Shown here one piece after another: positions 21,804 through 31,404 of a stretch of 64,000 nucleotides of DNA. Every line of letters starts with the position of its first letter. Position 1 is the first letter of the stretch. A program made the position numbers and the translations under genes. The notes under the pieces are model-generated. The model was not told the DNA's origin, searched no databases, and was given only the letters and a program-made list of their open reading frames with translations. This DNA comes from an uncultured Collinsella sp. (GTDB taxonomy: Bacteria; Actinomycetota; Coriobacteriia; Coriobacteriales; Coriobacteriaceae): NCBI GenBank assembly GCA_900545555.1, contig UQZI01000001.1, positions 13,413 to 77,412 on the forward strand, read 5' to 3'.

Positions 21804-23024
21804 ATGGCAAATAAGAAAAAGAACCCCGCACCCGAGCCGACGCCCGAGCAGCAGGCTCGCGCCGCCTCCAGCTCTCGCAAGAAGCAGCGCAAGACCCGCG
21901 TGTCCAAGACCGTCAAGATCGTTCTGGTGGTCATCGGCGTGCTGGCAATGCTGCTTTCCGTCTCGGCCATGGCGTGCTCCGGCCTGATGTCGCAGGCAGA
22001 GGATACCTCGGGCTACAAGCTTACCGGCGGTGTAGCTGCCACTATCAACGGCACCAACCTCACCGAGGACACCGTGACCAAGCAGATCATGAGCATGCGC
22101 ACGTCCTACGGCTACACCAATGACAAGGACTGGGCGCAGTACCTGGTCGACAACGACCTCACGCCCAAGAAGTACCGCAAGCAACTCATCGACTCCTACA
22201 CGCAGCAGATTCTGCTTCAACAGGCACAGAAGGAGAACGGCGTGACGGTGTCGGACGAGGAGGTCGAGAAGGCTTGGAAGGACGCATGCAAGAGCGCGGG
22301 CGGTGCCAAGGCCTTTAAGAAGACCCTCAAGACCTACGGCTATACCGAGGATACCTACAAGGATTCGCTCAAGGAGAGTCTGGCGCAGCAGAAACTCAAG
22401 GATGCCGTCGCGCCCACGAGCAAGCCCAAGGACAGCGAGATCGTCGATTACATCAACGAAAACCTGTCCAGCTACAACGACGCCCGCCGCTCGTCGAACA
22501 TCCTGATCAAGGTTGATTCCGACGCTTCCGACGAGAACAAGGCTGCCGCCAAGGCCAAGGCGCAGGAGTGCCTGGACAAGATCAACTCCGGTGAGCTGAG
22601 CTTTGAGGACGCCGTTGAGCAGTACTCCGAGGACACCGGTTCCAAGGAGAAGAAGGGCGATGTGGGCTGGGATAAGCTCACCACCTTTGTCGACAGCTAC
22701 CAGACGGCGCTCGAGGGGCTCAACAAGGGCGACGTGAGCGAAGTCATCGAGTCGACCTATGGCTACCACATCATCAAGTGCACCGACTACTTCCATGTCG
22801 ATAATCAGGTTGATGACATCAACCAGGTGCCCAAGGCCATCAAAAAGTACGTCTCCAACGTGGTGAAGACGCAAGCGGCCAGCACTGCGTACAGCGAGTG
22901 GCTGGAGCAGTACAAGAAGGATGCCGACATCACCGTCAACCCCATGCCCAAGGACGTACCCTATAACGTGAGTCTGAAGGGCGTTACCAAGAGTTCGACC
23001 GACGATTCGTCGACGACTGAGTAA
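21804..23024 (+). CDS. PrsA/SurA-like parvulin peptidyl-prolyl isomerase (membrane-anchored foldase)
   Basis: Basic N-terminus and TM helix, SurA-N-like region (AATING...VSDEEV), and parvulin domain (SNILIK, SFEDAVEQYSEDTGS..KGDVGW, ESTYGYHII). Confidence 0.88.
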   Translation: MANKKKNPAPEPTPEQQARAASSSRKKQRKTRVSKTVKIVLVVIGVLAMLLSVSAMACSGLMSQAEDTSGYKLTGGVAATINGTNLTEDTVTKQIMSMRTSYGYTNDKDWAQYLVDNDLTPKKYRKQLIDSYTQQILLQQAQKENGVTVSDEEVEKAWKDACKSAGGAKAFKKTLKTYGYTEDTYKDSLKESLAQQKLKDAVAPTSKPKDSEIVDYINENLSSYNDARRSSNILIKVDSDASDENKAAAKAKAQECLDKINSGELSFEDAVEQYSEDTGSKEKKGDVGWDKLTTFVDSYQTALEGLNKGDVSEVIESTYGYHIIKCTDYFHVDNQVDDINQVPKAIKKYVSNVVKTQAASTAYSEWLEQYKKDADITVNPMPKDVPYNVSLKGVTKSSTDDSSTTE

Positions 23025-23078
23025 TCATGGGGCGGTGCTCGCGCGAGTGCCGCCCACGCTATTAGAGAGGATTTGCAG

Positions 23079-23522
23079 ATGACCAACGAAGAGCTGCAGA
23101 AGGAAATGATCGCGGCCATGAAGGCTAAGGACAAGGTTCGCCTGTCCATCATTCGCCAGGTCAAGGCCGAGGTGAAGAATATCGAGGTTAACGAGCGCCG
23201 CGATGTGACCGAGGAAGACGTCAACAGCATGATCAAGCGTCTGATTAAGCAGACGAGCGAGACGCTGGAGATGTCCATCAAGGCCGGCACCGACCAAGAG
23301 CGTACCGACAACCTGACCGAGCAGGTCAAGATTCTGGAGAGCCTTCTGCCCGCGCAGGTTTCGGGCGAGGAGCTCGAGGCCCTGATCGAGCAGGTCATCG
23401 CCGAGCTGGGCGCCACGTCCAAGAAGCAGATGGGCCAGGTCATGGGCGCTCTGGGTAAGGCCACTGGCGGCAACTTTGATAAGCCGGCAGCAGCAAAGAT
23501 CGTTGGAGCCAAACTCGCGTAA
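23079..23522 (+). CDS. GatB/YqeY domain protein
   Basis: AAMKAKDKVRLSIIR and SKKQMGQVMG motifs, about 147 aa. Confidence 0.9.
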   Translation: MTNEELQKEMIAAMKAKDKVRLSIIRQVKAEVKNIEVNERRDVTEEDVNSMIKRLIKQTSETLEMSIKAGTDQERTDNLTEQVKILESLLPAQVSGEELEALIEQVIAELGATSKKQMGQVMGALGKATGGNFDKPAAAKIVGAKLA

Positions 23523-23705
23523 TTTGTTACGCGGTTTTACCAAACCGCGTAACGGCTCGACGCTGCAAACCCGTACACACGGCAATCTGACGTTCAATTT
23601 CAAGGGCGCGACCATAAGGTCTGCGCCCTTTCATTTCACGTCACCTTGCTCGCGTGTACGGGTTTTCGCTGACTTATGCTCAACAAGGGCGGTTGTATTA
23701 TTTTC

Positions 23706-23778
23706 GGTGCTCATTGGGGACAGACTTAAATGAGTACCCACGGGGGGTACTCATTTAAGTCTGTGCCCAATGAGTGGG
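23706..23778. repeat. Head-to-head doublet of GGGACRG-loop hairpins
   Basis: GGTGCTC-ATTGGGGACAGACTTAAAT-GAGTACC (23706-23738) followed by an inverted copy from 23746. Together they form a palindrome of about 70 bp. Confidence 0.75.
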
Positions 23779-23880
23779 CGGAAGGTTGCGGGTTCTTTAC
23801 GGGGATGTAGCGTGGGCTGCGGAAACGTGGTTCTTTCCGTACAATAGTGCAATTCGTATTAACGCAGGGAAGGGACATTC

Positions 23881-24612
23881 ATGGCAGACATGATCGAGAT
23901 CAAGCATCTCAACAAGTACTTTGGCGACCTGCATGTGCTCAAAGATATCAACCTCACCGTCAAGCGCGGCGAGAAGCTCGTAATGATCGGGCCTTCTGGT
24001 TCGGGTAAGTCGACGCTCATCCGTTGCGTCGATTATCTGGAGGAGCCTACGTCGGGCGAGGTCGTCATCGACGGTACGCCGCTCACCAAAAAGAATCACC
24101 TGGAGATGGCTCGCAAGTACAGCTCCATGGTGTTTCAGCAGTTCAACCTGTATCCCAACATGACGGTGCTCGGCAATCTGACGCTCGCGCCCATCAAGCT
24201 GCAAAAGAAGAGCAAGGAGGAGGCGACCGAGATCGCCATCGCCGCACTCAAGCGCGTCGGCATGGCGCATAAGGCCGGCGAGTATCCGCAGAATCTCTCG
24301 GGTGGTCAGCAGCAGCGCATCGCCATCGCCCGTGCCCTGTGTACCAAGCAGCCCATCATCCTGTTTGACGAGCCGACCTCGGCGCTCGACCCCGAGATGG
24401 TCCAGGAGGTTCTGGACGTTATGATTGAGCTTGCGCAGGAGGACATCACCATGATCTGCGTGACGCATGAGATGGGCTTTGCGCGCCAGGTGGCCGACCG
24501 CGTCATCTTTATGGAGGACGGCCGCATCCTTGAGGAGGGCACGCCCGAGCACTTCTTCGATAACCCCGAGAACCCGCGCTGCCGCGAGTTCCTGTCCAAG
24601 ATTCTGCACTAG
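23881..24612 (+). CDS. Polar amino-acid ABC transporter ATP-binding protein (GlnQ-like)
   Basis: [36 protein letters not shown] and VTHEMGFA motifs. Confidence 0.95.
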   Translation: MADMIEIKHLNKYFGDLHVLKDINLTVKRGEKLVMIGPSGSGKSTLIRCVDYLEEPTSGEVVIDGTPLTKKNHLEMARKYSSMVFQQFNLYPNMTVLGNLTLAPIKLQKKSKEEATEIAIAALKRVGMAHKAGEYPQNLSGGQQQRIAIARALCTKQPIILFDEPTSALDPEMVQEVLDVMIELAQEDITMICVTHEMGFARQVADRVIFMEDGRILEEGTPEHFFDNPENPRCREFLSKILH

Positions 24613-24626
24613 GCGCGGTGATGGAC

Positions 24627-25496
24627 ATGACGGATATGACGAGGGCGGCCGTGTCGCGCCGTCACTTTTTGCAGCTGGCGGGCGCCGGCATGCTCGCGCT
24701 GACGGGGACCGCGCTCACCGGTTGCGGCAACTCCACCAGCGGCGAGGGTTCCGACAAGGGATCCAAGCTTGCGGCCATCAAGTCGCGCGGCCATCTGAAT
24801 GCCGGTGTCAAGAAAGATGTTCCCGGCTACGGCTATTACGACACCGCCAAAGGCCGCTTTGAGGGCATGGAAGTCGATTTGTGCTACCAGATCGCCGCCG
24901 CTGTCTTTGGCGTGAGCTACAAGGAAGCCCGTGCCCAGGAGCTTGTCGAGTTTACCGACGTAACGCCCAAGACACGCGGCCCGCTGATCGATAACGGCCA
25001 ACTCGACGTGGTCGCGGCGACCTACACCATCACCGACGAGCGCAAGAAGAGCTGGGATTTCTCGACGCCGTACCGCACCGACTACGTGGGACTCATGGTC
25101 AAGAAGCGTTCGGGCTTTACCTCGATTGAGGACCTGGACGGCAAGGTCATCGGCGTGAGCCAGGGTGCCACCACGCAGGGCCTGATCGAGCAGATGATCA
25201 AGGACAACGGCTTTAGCTGTAAGCCCGAGTTTAGGGCTTTTAGTGGCTATCCCATCATCAAGAGTTCGCTCGACGCCGGCAATATCGACGTCTTTGCCAT
25301 GGACCGCTCCACGCTGGCCGGTTACATGAACGAGACCGTTGAGCTGTTGCAGCCCGAGGTCAAGTTTGGCGAGCAGGGCTACGGCGTGGCGACCAAGAAG
25401 GGCTGCGACCTTTCGGCCGTGGTCGATCAGGTGATTTGCGATCGTCTGGCCGACGGCTGGCTCGACCAAGAGGTCAAGACCTGGGGTCTTGTATAG
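24627..25496 (+). CDS. Amino-acid ABC transporter substrate-binding lipoprotein (Peb1/GluB-like), Tat-type signal
   Basis: SRRHFL twin-arginine motif, LTGC lipobox, GVKKDVPGYG and ATYTITDERKK motifs. Start uncertain (24618-24636). Confidence 0.88.
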   Translation: MTDMTRAAVSRRHFLQLAGAGMLALTGTALTGCGNSTSGEGSDKGSKLAAIKSRGHLNAGVKKDVPGYGYYDTAKGRFEGMEVDLCYQIAAAVFGVSYKEARAQELVEFTDVTPKTRGPLIDNGQLDVVAATYTITDERKKSWDFSTPYRTDYVGLMVKKRSGFTSIEDLDGKVIGVSQGATTQGLIEQMIKDNGFSCKPEFRAFSGYPIIKSSLDAGNIDVFAMDRSTLAGYMNETVELLQPEVKFGEQGYGVATKKGCDLSAVVDQVICDRLADGWLDQEVKTWGLV

Positions 25497-25521
25497 GCGC
25501 ATCGTCCAAGGAAGGAATCAA

Positions 25522-26268
25522 ATGCTCGAAGGATTATTTGACGCCGACCGTTGGTCGACGACATTTCAAAACATGGGGCCCTTCTGGGAGGGCTTTGGCG
25601 TGACGCTACAGGTGGTCGTTGCCGGTCTGCTGCTGTCGCTGGTGCTGGGCACGCTGCTGGGTGTGTTCTCTACCACCCGTTCGCGCGTGCTGCGCGCCAT
25701 AAGCCGCGTGTACGTGGAGTTTTACCAGAACACCCCGTTGCCCGTGCAGGTGCTCTTTATGTACATGGCTGGTCCGCAGTTTTTGCAGGCCATAACCGGT
25801 GCCGACCAGCCGGTGCGCATCGCGCCGTTCGTGCTGGGCTTCTTGGGCGTGGGCCTGTATCACGCGGCCTACATCTCGGAGGTTATCCGCACCGGTATCG
25901 AGGCGGTTCCGCGCGGTCAGATGGAGGCGGCGCAGAGCCAGGGCTTCACCCGTGCGCAGGCGTACTGGTACATCGTGCTGCCCCAGACATTCAAGATCAT
26001 TCTGCCGCCGCTGTGTAACCAGGCACTCAACCTAGTCAAGAACACGTCGGTGCTGGCGCTTGTGGCCGGCGGCGACCTTATGTACCGTTCAGACAACTTT
26101 GTGAGCCTGTACGGTTACCTGCAGGGATACATCGTCTGCTGCCTTATGTACTTCATCATCTGCTTTCCGCTCGCCATGCTGGTGCAGTGGCTCGAGCGCC
26201 GCTCCAAGGAGCGTCCGCGCGGCGTGAGCCTCGCCGAGCTGGGGCTCGACAACGTAGAGGAGGCCTAG
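25522..26268 (+). CDS. Amino-acid ABC transporter permease
   Basis: YVEFYQNTP and EAA loop (EVIRTGIEAVPRGQMEAA); AAGGA RBS. Confidence 0.93.
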   Translation: MLEGLFDADRWSTTFQNMGPFWEGFGVTLQVVVAGLLLSLVLGTLLGVFSTTRSRVLRAISRVYVEFYQNTPLPVQVLFMYMAGPQFLQAITGADQPVRIAPFVLGFLGVGLYHAAYISEVIRTGIEAVPRGQMEAAQSQGFTRAQAYWYIVLPQTFKIILPPLCNQALNLVKNTSVLALVAGGDLMYRSDNFVSLYGYLQGYIVCCLMYFIICFPLAMLVQWLERRSKERPRGVSLAELGLDNVEEA

Positions 26269-26271
26269 CGC

Positions 26272-26910
26272 ATGGAAATCTTCAACGCGACCAACCTGCT
26301 CTACATTTGGGGCGGCTTTGTTAAGACGATCGAGATCTCGGCGCTGTCGATTTTTTTCTCGCTCATCTTTGGCACGGTGCTGGCGCTCGTTAAAAGCTAT
26401 GCGCCCCGCCCGTTTCGTATTTTGGTGAGTGCCTACATCGAGCTGTTCCGTTGCACGCCGAACCTGCTGTGGATCCTGTTTATCTACTTTACGGTGCAGG
26501 GTTTGGACATTGTGATTTCGACCATCGCCTTTACGCTGTTTACCAGCGCTGTTATGGCCGAGATTGTGCGCGGCGGCCTCAACTCGATTCCGCGCGGCCA
26601 GTTTGAGGCAGCGCAGAGCCAGGGCTTTGGCTTCTTTGCCACCATGCGCTACATCATTCTGCCGCAGACATTTAAGACGATCATTCCGGCGCTGTTTAGC
26701 CAGTGCACGACCGTCATCAAGGACAGCTCGTATCTTTCGGGCATTAACGTGGCCGAGCTCATGTACACGGCAAACGTCGTGATGGCCCACGCGATCGACC
26801 TGTCGCAGGTGCTTATGCTCTACGGCCTGGTGTTTGCGATGTACTTCGTGCTCAACTTTGGTATCTCGCTGCTGGTCCGAGCATATCAGAGGCGAATGGT
26901 GGCAGCGTAG
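26272..26910 (+). CDS. Amino-acid ABC transporter permease
   Basis: YIELFRCTP, EIVRGGLNSIPRGQFEAA and IKDSS motifs; GGAGG RBS. Confidence 0.93.
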   Translation: MEIFNATNLLYIWGGFVKTIEISALSIFFSLIFGTVLALVKSYAPRPFRILVSAYIELFRCTPNLLWILFIYFTVQGLDIVISTIAFTLFTSAVMAEIVRGGLNSIPRGQFEAAQSQGFGFFATMRYIILPQTFKTIIPALFSQCTTVIKDSSYLSGINVAELMYTANVVMAHAIDLSQVLMLYGLVFAMYFVLNFGISLLVRAYQRRMVAA

Positions 26911-26911
26911 A

Positions 26912-26942
26912 ATGTGGCAAAGGGACAGCCCCTTTGTCACAT
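26912..26942 (+). repeat. GGGACRG-loop hairpin
   Basis: ATGTGG-CAAAGGGACAGCCCCTTTG-TCACAT. Confidence 0.6.
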
Positions 26943-26958
26943 AGAGAAAGGAATCGCG

Positions 26959-27582
26959 ATGAGCGATCTGGAGAATAAGAAGAATCCTGTGGTCATTACC
27001 ATCGCGCGCGACTTTGGCGCCGAGGGCCACGAGATTGGTCGCATGCTTGCCGACGAGTTGGGGATTCCGCTGTATGACAACGAGCTGCTGGTGCGTGCGT
27101 CGCTGCGCGCGGGCGAGTCGCTCGATAAGATGGCCGCCTACGACGAGCGTCTGGCCGTGGAGAACATGGCGTTTCTGCCCGACCGCTACGATGCGCGTTC
27201 GTACTCGGACAAGTTGTTCCAGAAGATGAGCCAGGTGATTTTGGACCTGGGCGAGACCGAGAGCTGCATTATCGAAGGCCGTCTGTCCGATTACCTGCTT
27301 CGCAACAACCCCAACCACATTGCCGTGCTGGTGACCGCTCCCTTTGAGGATCGCGTCGAGATTGTGCGCAAGAAGCGTGGCCTTAATAAAAAGAAGGGCG
27401 CCAAGCTGGTCAAGCAACAGCAGAAGGCGCGTGAGGCTTTTTACAAGCGCTACAGCGCCGGCAAGTGGAAGATGACGAGCGGTAAGGACATCGTCGTCAA
27501 CCGCGCCAAGCTGGGCCGCGAGGGCTGCAAAGACGTTATCGCCGCTGCCTACCGCTACAAAGTCGCCCAGCTCGAAGACTAA
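26959..27582 (+). CDS. Cytidylate kinase-like family protein
   Basis: VITIARDFGAEGHEIG...LGIPLYD and SCIIEGRLSDY motifs; AAGGA RBS. Confidence 0.85.
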   Translation: MSDLENKKNPVVITIARDFGAEGHEIGRMLADELGIPLYDNELLVRASLRAGESLDKMAAYDERLAVENMAFLPDRYDARSYSDKLFQKMSQVILDLGETESCIIEGRLSDYLLRNNPNHIAVLVTAPFEDRVEIVRKKRGLNKKKGAKLVKQQQKAREAFYKRYSAGKWKMTSGKDIVVNRAKLGREGCKDVIAAAYRYKVAQLED

Positions 27583-27587
27583 CCGAC

Positions 27588-27959
27588 CAAAACCACCACA
27601 AAGGGGCAGGCACCTTTGTGGTGGTTTTTGTTTTAGGCCGAGGGAAAGGCCTTGGCGGCAGTGCCTATCCTCGGCTTTTGCATAGTCTCGATCTGTAACA
27701 CCAAGCCAGCGAAAATGGCTCTAACTGTTACAGATTGAGATGAACCGTTCGGCCGTCAGCCCAACGTCTTGATCTGTAACACCAGGCGGCATATTTGGTC
27801 TCTAACTGTTACAGATTGAGATGCGGCGTGGGCGGCCGGCACAATATCTCGATCTGTAACAACTACGATGCTCAACGGGCTCCAGGTGTTACAGATTGAG
27901 ACAAAACGAACGGCCAAGTCCCCAACCACCACAAAGGCACCTGCCCCCTTTGTGGTGGT
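27588..27959. repeat. Composite palindromic locus: inverted ACCACCACAAAGG hairpins flanking three 55-bp units
   Basis: Hairpins at about 27589-27628 and 27925-27959 are inverted copies. Units TCTYGATCTGTAACA-N25-TGTTACAGATTGAGA lie at 27686-27740, 27767-27821 and 27847-27901. Confidence 0.9.
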
Positions 27960-27975
27960 GGGGCGGTCGGCATAG

Positions 27976-28013
27976 AAAAAGTCCCCGCCGGGCGTGTGCT
28001 CGACGGGGGCTTT
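27976..28013 (-). terminator. Terminator of nfnAB-like operon
   Basis: AAAAAGTCCCCGCCGGGC...GCTCGACGGGGGCTTT; the T-tract is on the minus strand. Confidence 0.65.
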
Positions 28014-28041
28014 GCCGTTTGATGGCTAGCACTGCAGGTGA

Positions 28042-29451
28042 TTACTCGCCCAGCAGGCTCTTGGTGATGGAAGCGGCGGCCTTCTTGCCGGCGCCCATCG
28101 CCAGAATGACCGTAGCGGCACCGGTGACGATGTCGCCGCCGGCCCAGATGCGGGGATCGGTGGTCTGGCCGGTCTCCTCGTCGGCAACGATGTAGCCCCA
28201 CTTGTTGAGCTCCATCTTGCCGCCGATCTTCTTTGCGAAGGGGTTGGCGTTGGTGCCGATAGCCGAGATAGCGACGTCGCAGGGGATCTCCTCGATGGCG
28301 CCCTCGATGGGCACCGGGCGACGACGGCCGGACTCGTCAGGCTCGCCGAGCTCCATCTTCTGGACCTTGACGGCGCACACGGAGCCGTCCTCGCCAGCGA
28401 CAAACTCGAGCGGGGAGACGAGCGGCAGAACCTCGACGCCCTCGGCCTTAGCATGGTGCAGCTCGGCGCGACGGCAGGGCATCTCGTCCTCGGTACGACG
28501 GTAGGCGATGATGGCGTGCTCGGCGCCCAGGCGCTTGGCGGTACGGACGGCGTCCATGGCCACGTTGCCGCCGCCAAAGACAACGACGTTCTTGCCGTGC
28601 TTGGTGGGGGTGTCGTACTCGGGGAACTTGTTGGCCTTCATCAGGTTCACGCGGGTGAGGTACTCGTTCGCGAAGAAGACGTTGGGCAGGTTCTCACCGG
28701 GGACGTTGAGGAACTTGGGCAGGCCAGCGCCGGTCGCCACGTAGATGGCGTCGAAGCCCTGCTCGAACAGCTCCTCGGCCGTGGCCATGTTGCCCACGAC
28801 GGAGTTGTACTCAAACTTGACGCCCATGTCCTCCAAGCCGTCGAGCTCGCGCTTGACGACTGCCTTGGGCAGGCGGAACTCGGGGATGCCGTAGACCAGC
28901 ACGCCGCCGCCGGTGAAGAAGGCCTCGAAGACGGTAACGTCAAAGCCGTTACGGGCGAGCTCGCCGGCGCAGGTGATGCCGGACGGGCCGGAGCCGACGA
29001 CGGCGACCTTCTTGCCGTTCTTGGGGGCCATCTTGGGCGTGGAGGCGAGCTCGGGGCGGTCACCCAGGAAGCGCTCGAGCTGGCCGATGGCCACGGGCTC
29101 GGACTTCTTGCCACGGATGCACTTACCCTCGCACTGGTTCTCCTGCGGGCAGACGCGGCCGCAGATGGCGGGAAGCATGGAGTCCTCGCGGATGGTATCG
29201 AGAGCGCCGCCGAAGTCCTTCGCGCGGATCTGCTCGATAAAGCGGGGGATGTTGATGTTGACGGGGCAGCCCTCAACACAGAACGGCTTCTTGCAGTTGA
29301 GGCAGCGCTCGGCCTCGGCCAGCGCCATCTCCTCGGTGAAGCCCTTGTCGACGGGGCGGAAGTCGCAGGCGCGCTCGGCAGCCGGCTCCTCGTTATCGGG
29401 GGTGCGGGGCGACTTCATATCGGCAACGAAACGACCGTTAACTAGTGGCAT
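28042..29451 (-). CDS. nfnB: NfnB/SudA-like (GltD-like) FAD/Fe-S subunit of NADH-dependent ferredoxin:NADP+ oxidoreductase
   Basis: EAERCLNCKKPFCVEGCPV, CGRVCPQENQCEGKC, GSGPSG, YGIPEFRLP, GGGNVAMD and GGDIVTGAATVILAMGAG motifs; adjacent to an NfnA-like gene. Confidence 0.85.
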   Translation of the reverse strand: MPLVNGRFVADMKSPRTPDNEEPAAERACDFRPVDKGFTEEMALAEAERCLNCKKPFCVEGCPVNINIPRFIEQIRAKDFGGALDTIREDSMLPAICGRVCPQENQCEGKCIRGKKSEPVAIGQLERFLGDRPELASTPKMAPKNGKKVAVVGSGPSGITCAGELARNGFDVTVFEAFFTGGGVLVYGIPEFRLPKAVVKRELDGLEDMGVKFEYNSVVGNMATAEELFEQGFDAIYVATGAGLPKFLNVPGENLPNVFFANEYLTRVNLMKANKFPEYDTPTKHGKNVVVFGGGNVAMDAVRTAKRLGAEHAIIAYRRTEDEMPCRRAELHHAKAEGVEVLPLVSPLEFVAGEDGSVCAVKVQKMELGEPDESGRRRPVPIEGAIEEIPCDVAISAIGTNANPFAKKIGGKMELNKWGYIVADEETGQTTDPRIWAGGDIVTGAATVILAMGAGKKAAASITKSLLGE

Positions 29452-30281
29452 GCGCAGCTCTTTTCCTCATAAGCCTTGAGGGACTCGCCCTCTTCGGAAC
29501 GGTAAGCGGCCTGGCGGGCACGAAGGTCATCCCAGTCGACCAGGGTGGCATCGAAGTCGGGGCCGTCGACGCAAGCGAACTTGGTCACGCCGCCCACCTC
29601 GACGCGGCAGCAGCCGCACATGCCGGTGCCGTCAACCATGATGGGGTTGAGGGACGCGGTAATGGGGGTGTCGTACTTCTGGGCGGTGAGGGTCGAGAAC
29701 TTCATCATCGGAACGGGGCCGACGCAGAAGACCTGGCTCACGGCCTTGTCCTGCAGCAGGCGCTCCAGCGGAGCGGTGACAACGCCCTGCTCGCCGTAGG
29801 AGCCGTCATCGGTGGTGATATGGATGTGGTCCTCGTCGAGGAGCTCGCGGAACTGGTCCTCCATGAGCAGGAGGTCCTTGGTGCGGGCGCCCATGATGGC
29901 GTGGACCTCGTGGCCGGTCTCGACCAGGTGCTTGGCGACCGGGAAGGCAATTGCCAGGCCGACGCCGCCGCCAATGACGGCGCAGGGGCCCTCGGCCATC
30001 TCGGTGGGAACGCCCAGCGGGCCCACGACGTCGCGCAGTGACTCGCCGGCCTCATAGGTGGAAAGCATCTCGGTGGTCTTGCCGATCACCATGAAGATGA
30101 ACTCGACCCAGCCCTCGTCACCGTTCCAACCAGCTAGGGTAAACGGGACGCGCTCGCCCGTCTCGTTGGCGCGAACCATGAGGAACTGTCCAGCGTGCGC
30201 ATGCTTGGCGATCGCGGGCGCCTCGATGCGGAACTTGAACACCTTCTCCGAGAACTGCGTCTTCTCCAGGATCTTATACAT
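29442..30281 (-). CDS. nfnA: NfnA/SudB-like (PyrK-like) FAD/2Fe-2S subunit
   Basis: GQFLMVR...GERVPFT, GPLG, GGGVG, GPVPMMK and DGTGMCGCCRV...FACVDGPDF motifs. Confidence 0.85.
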   Translation of the reverse strand: MYKILEKTQFSEKVFKFRIEAPAIAKHAHAGQFLMVRANETGERVPFTLAGWNGDEGWVEFIFMVIGKTTEMLSTYEAGESLRDVVGPLGVPTEMAEGPCAVIGGGVGLAIAFPVAKHLVETGHEVHAIMGARTKDLLLMEDQFRELLDEDHIHITTDDGSYGEQGVVTAPLERLLQDKAVSQVFCVGPVPMMKFSTLTAQKYDTPITASLNPIMVDGTGMCGCCRVEVGGVTKFACVDGPDFDATLVDWDDLRARQAAYRSEEGESLKAYEEKSCACH

Positions 30282-30452
30282 AGAACCCCTCTCTTGTTAG
30301 GGCCGCCGAACCGTGCCTCCACGGAAATGGACGGTAGCCCGAGTAAAACCGTACGCGCACAGGCGTTGTGCAAACATACGGTGCAAATTATACCCTCATG
30401 GACATGCTGTTTACGTGTGTCTTCGGCGGTTGGGAAAAGGGTTTATCCACTT

Positions 30453-30656
30453 CGACCTACCAAATAGGGATAGGTTTATTTTGGTCGGTTTTATCAGGCA
30501 AAACGGCAAAGGGGGCCGGCCTCGGGTTGTGATGAGGCCGGCCCCCTTTGGGGTGTTATGCGTGTATGGCGGCGCGGGGTTTATTGCGATGCGGCCACCG
30601 GGGCGTTTCCGCAGATAAAACCTGCCAAAATAAACCTGTCCCTAAACGGTAGGTTT
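30453..30656. repeat. Inverted pair of GGGACRG-loop hairpins enclosing a terminator-like hairpin
   Basis: 30465-30495 (TAGGGATAGGTTTATTTTGGTCGGTTTTATC) and 30614-30644 are inverted copies. An internal CAAAGGGGCCGGCCTC/GAGGCCGGCCCCCTTTG hairpin lies at about 30507-30550. Confidence 0.75.
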
Positions 30657-31285
30657 TAGTGCTTGCCGTTGGCGGAGGCGGCGCCGTTGACGTGGTCGCG
30701 GGCGTAGATTACGCCGTGGACGATGGCCAGACCGGCGGCATCTGCGGCGCGGGCGCAGGTGTCCTGGAAGTCCTCGGCCTCGCGGGCGCGCAGCTGCTTG
30801 AGCACATAGTCTGCCACGGCCATCTTGCCGGGAGGGTTGCCGATGCCGGTGCGGATACGGCTAAAGTCGCGGCTGCCCATCTTGTCGATGATGGAGCGCA
30901 GGCCGTTGTGACCGGCATGGCCTCCGCCCACCTTGACGCGCACGTCACCGGCGGGAATGTCGAGCTCGTCGTGAATCACGAGCAGCTCCTCGGCCTTGAT
31001 CTTGTACTCGCGGCAGAGCTTGGAGATGGGTCCGCCCGAGGTGTTCATGTACGACTGCGGCTTGACCAGCACGATCTGGCGCTTGCCACCCTCTTCCTCG
31101 GGATCGTTGATGTTGATGAGTGCGACCTCGGCGCCGGCCTGGTTTTTCCAGTACGTGACACCGGCCTGACGGGCCAGCTCATCGATCGCCTTAAAGCCGG
31201 CGTTGTGGCGGGTCTCGGCATATTCCTCACCCGGGTTGCCAAGTCCGGCAACCATGCGAATCTTAAGCGGCTGTGCAGCTGCCAT
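30656..31285 (-). CDS. pth: Peptidyl-tRNA hydrolase
   Basis: GLGNPG..Y..TRHNAGF, KPQSYMNTSG, HDELD and GGHAGHNGLRS motifs; AAGGA RBS before ATG 31285. Confidence 0.96.
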   Translation of the reverse strand: MAAAQPLKIRMVAGLGNPGEEYAETRHNAGFKAIDELARQAGVTYWKNQAGAEVALININDPEEEGGKRQIVLVKPQSYMNTSGGPISKLCREYKIKAEELLVIHDELDIPAGDVRVKVGGGHAGHNGLRSIIDKMGSRDFSRIRTGIGNPPGKMAVADYVLKQLRAREAEDFQDTCARAADAAGLAIVHGVIYARDHVNGAASANGKH

Positions 31286-31404
31286 ATTTGTCCTTCCGTT
31301 ACACATAAAAGTTTAATCAACGACAAAGGCTACCACGCCCGCCGAAGGCGAGACTTCGTTTCAGCGAAATCCCACCAGACAAAAGCGCGGCCGCGGCAGA
31401 GCGA

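Noticed and set aside
27686..27901. CRISPR array call for the 55-bp unit arrays (also 43720-43936)
   Set aside because: The repeats are 15 bp and alternate in orientation, some spacers are related to each other, and there are no cas genes or leader. Reported as a non-CRISPR repeat instead.
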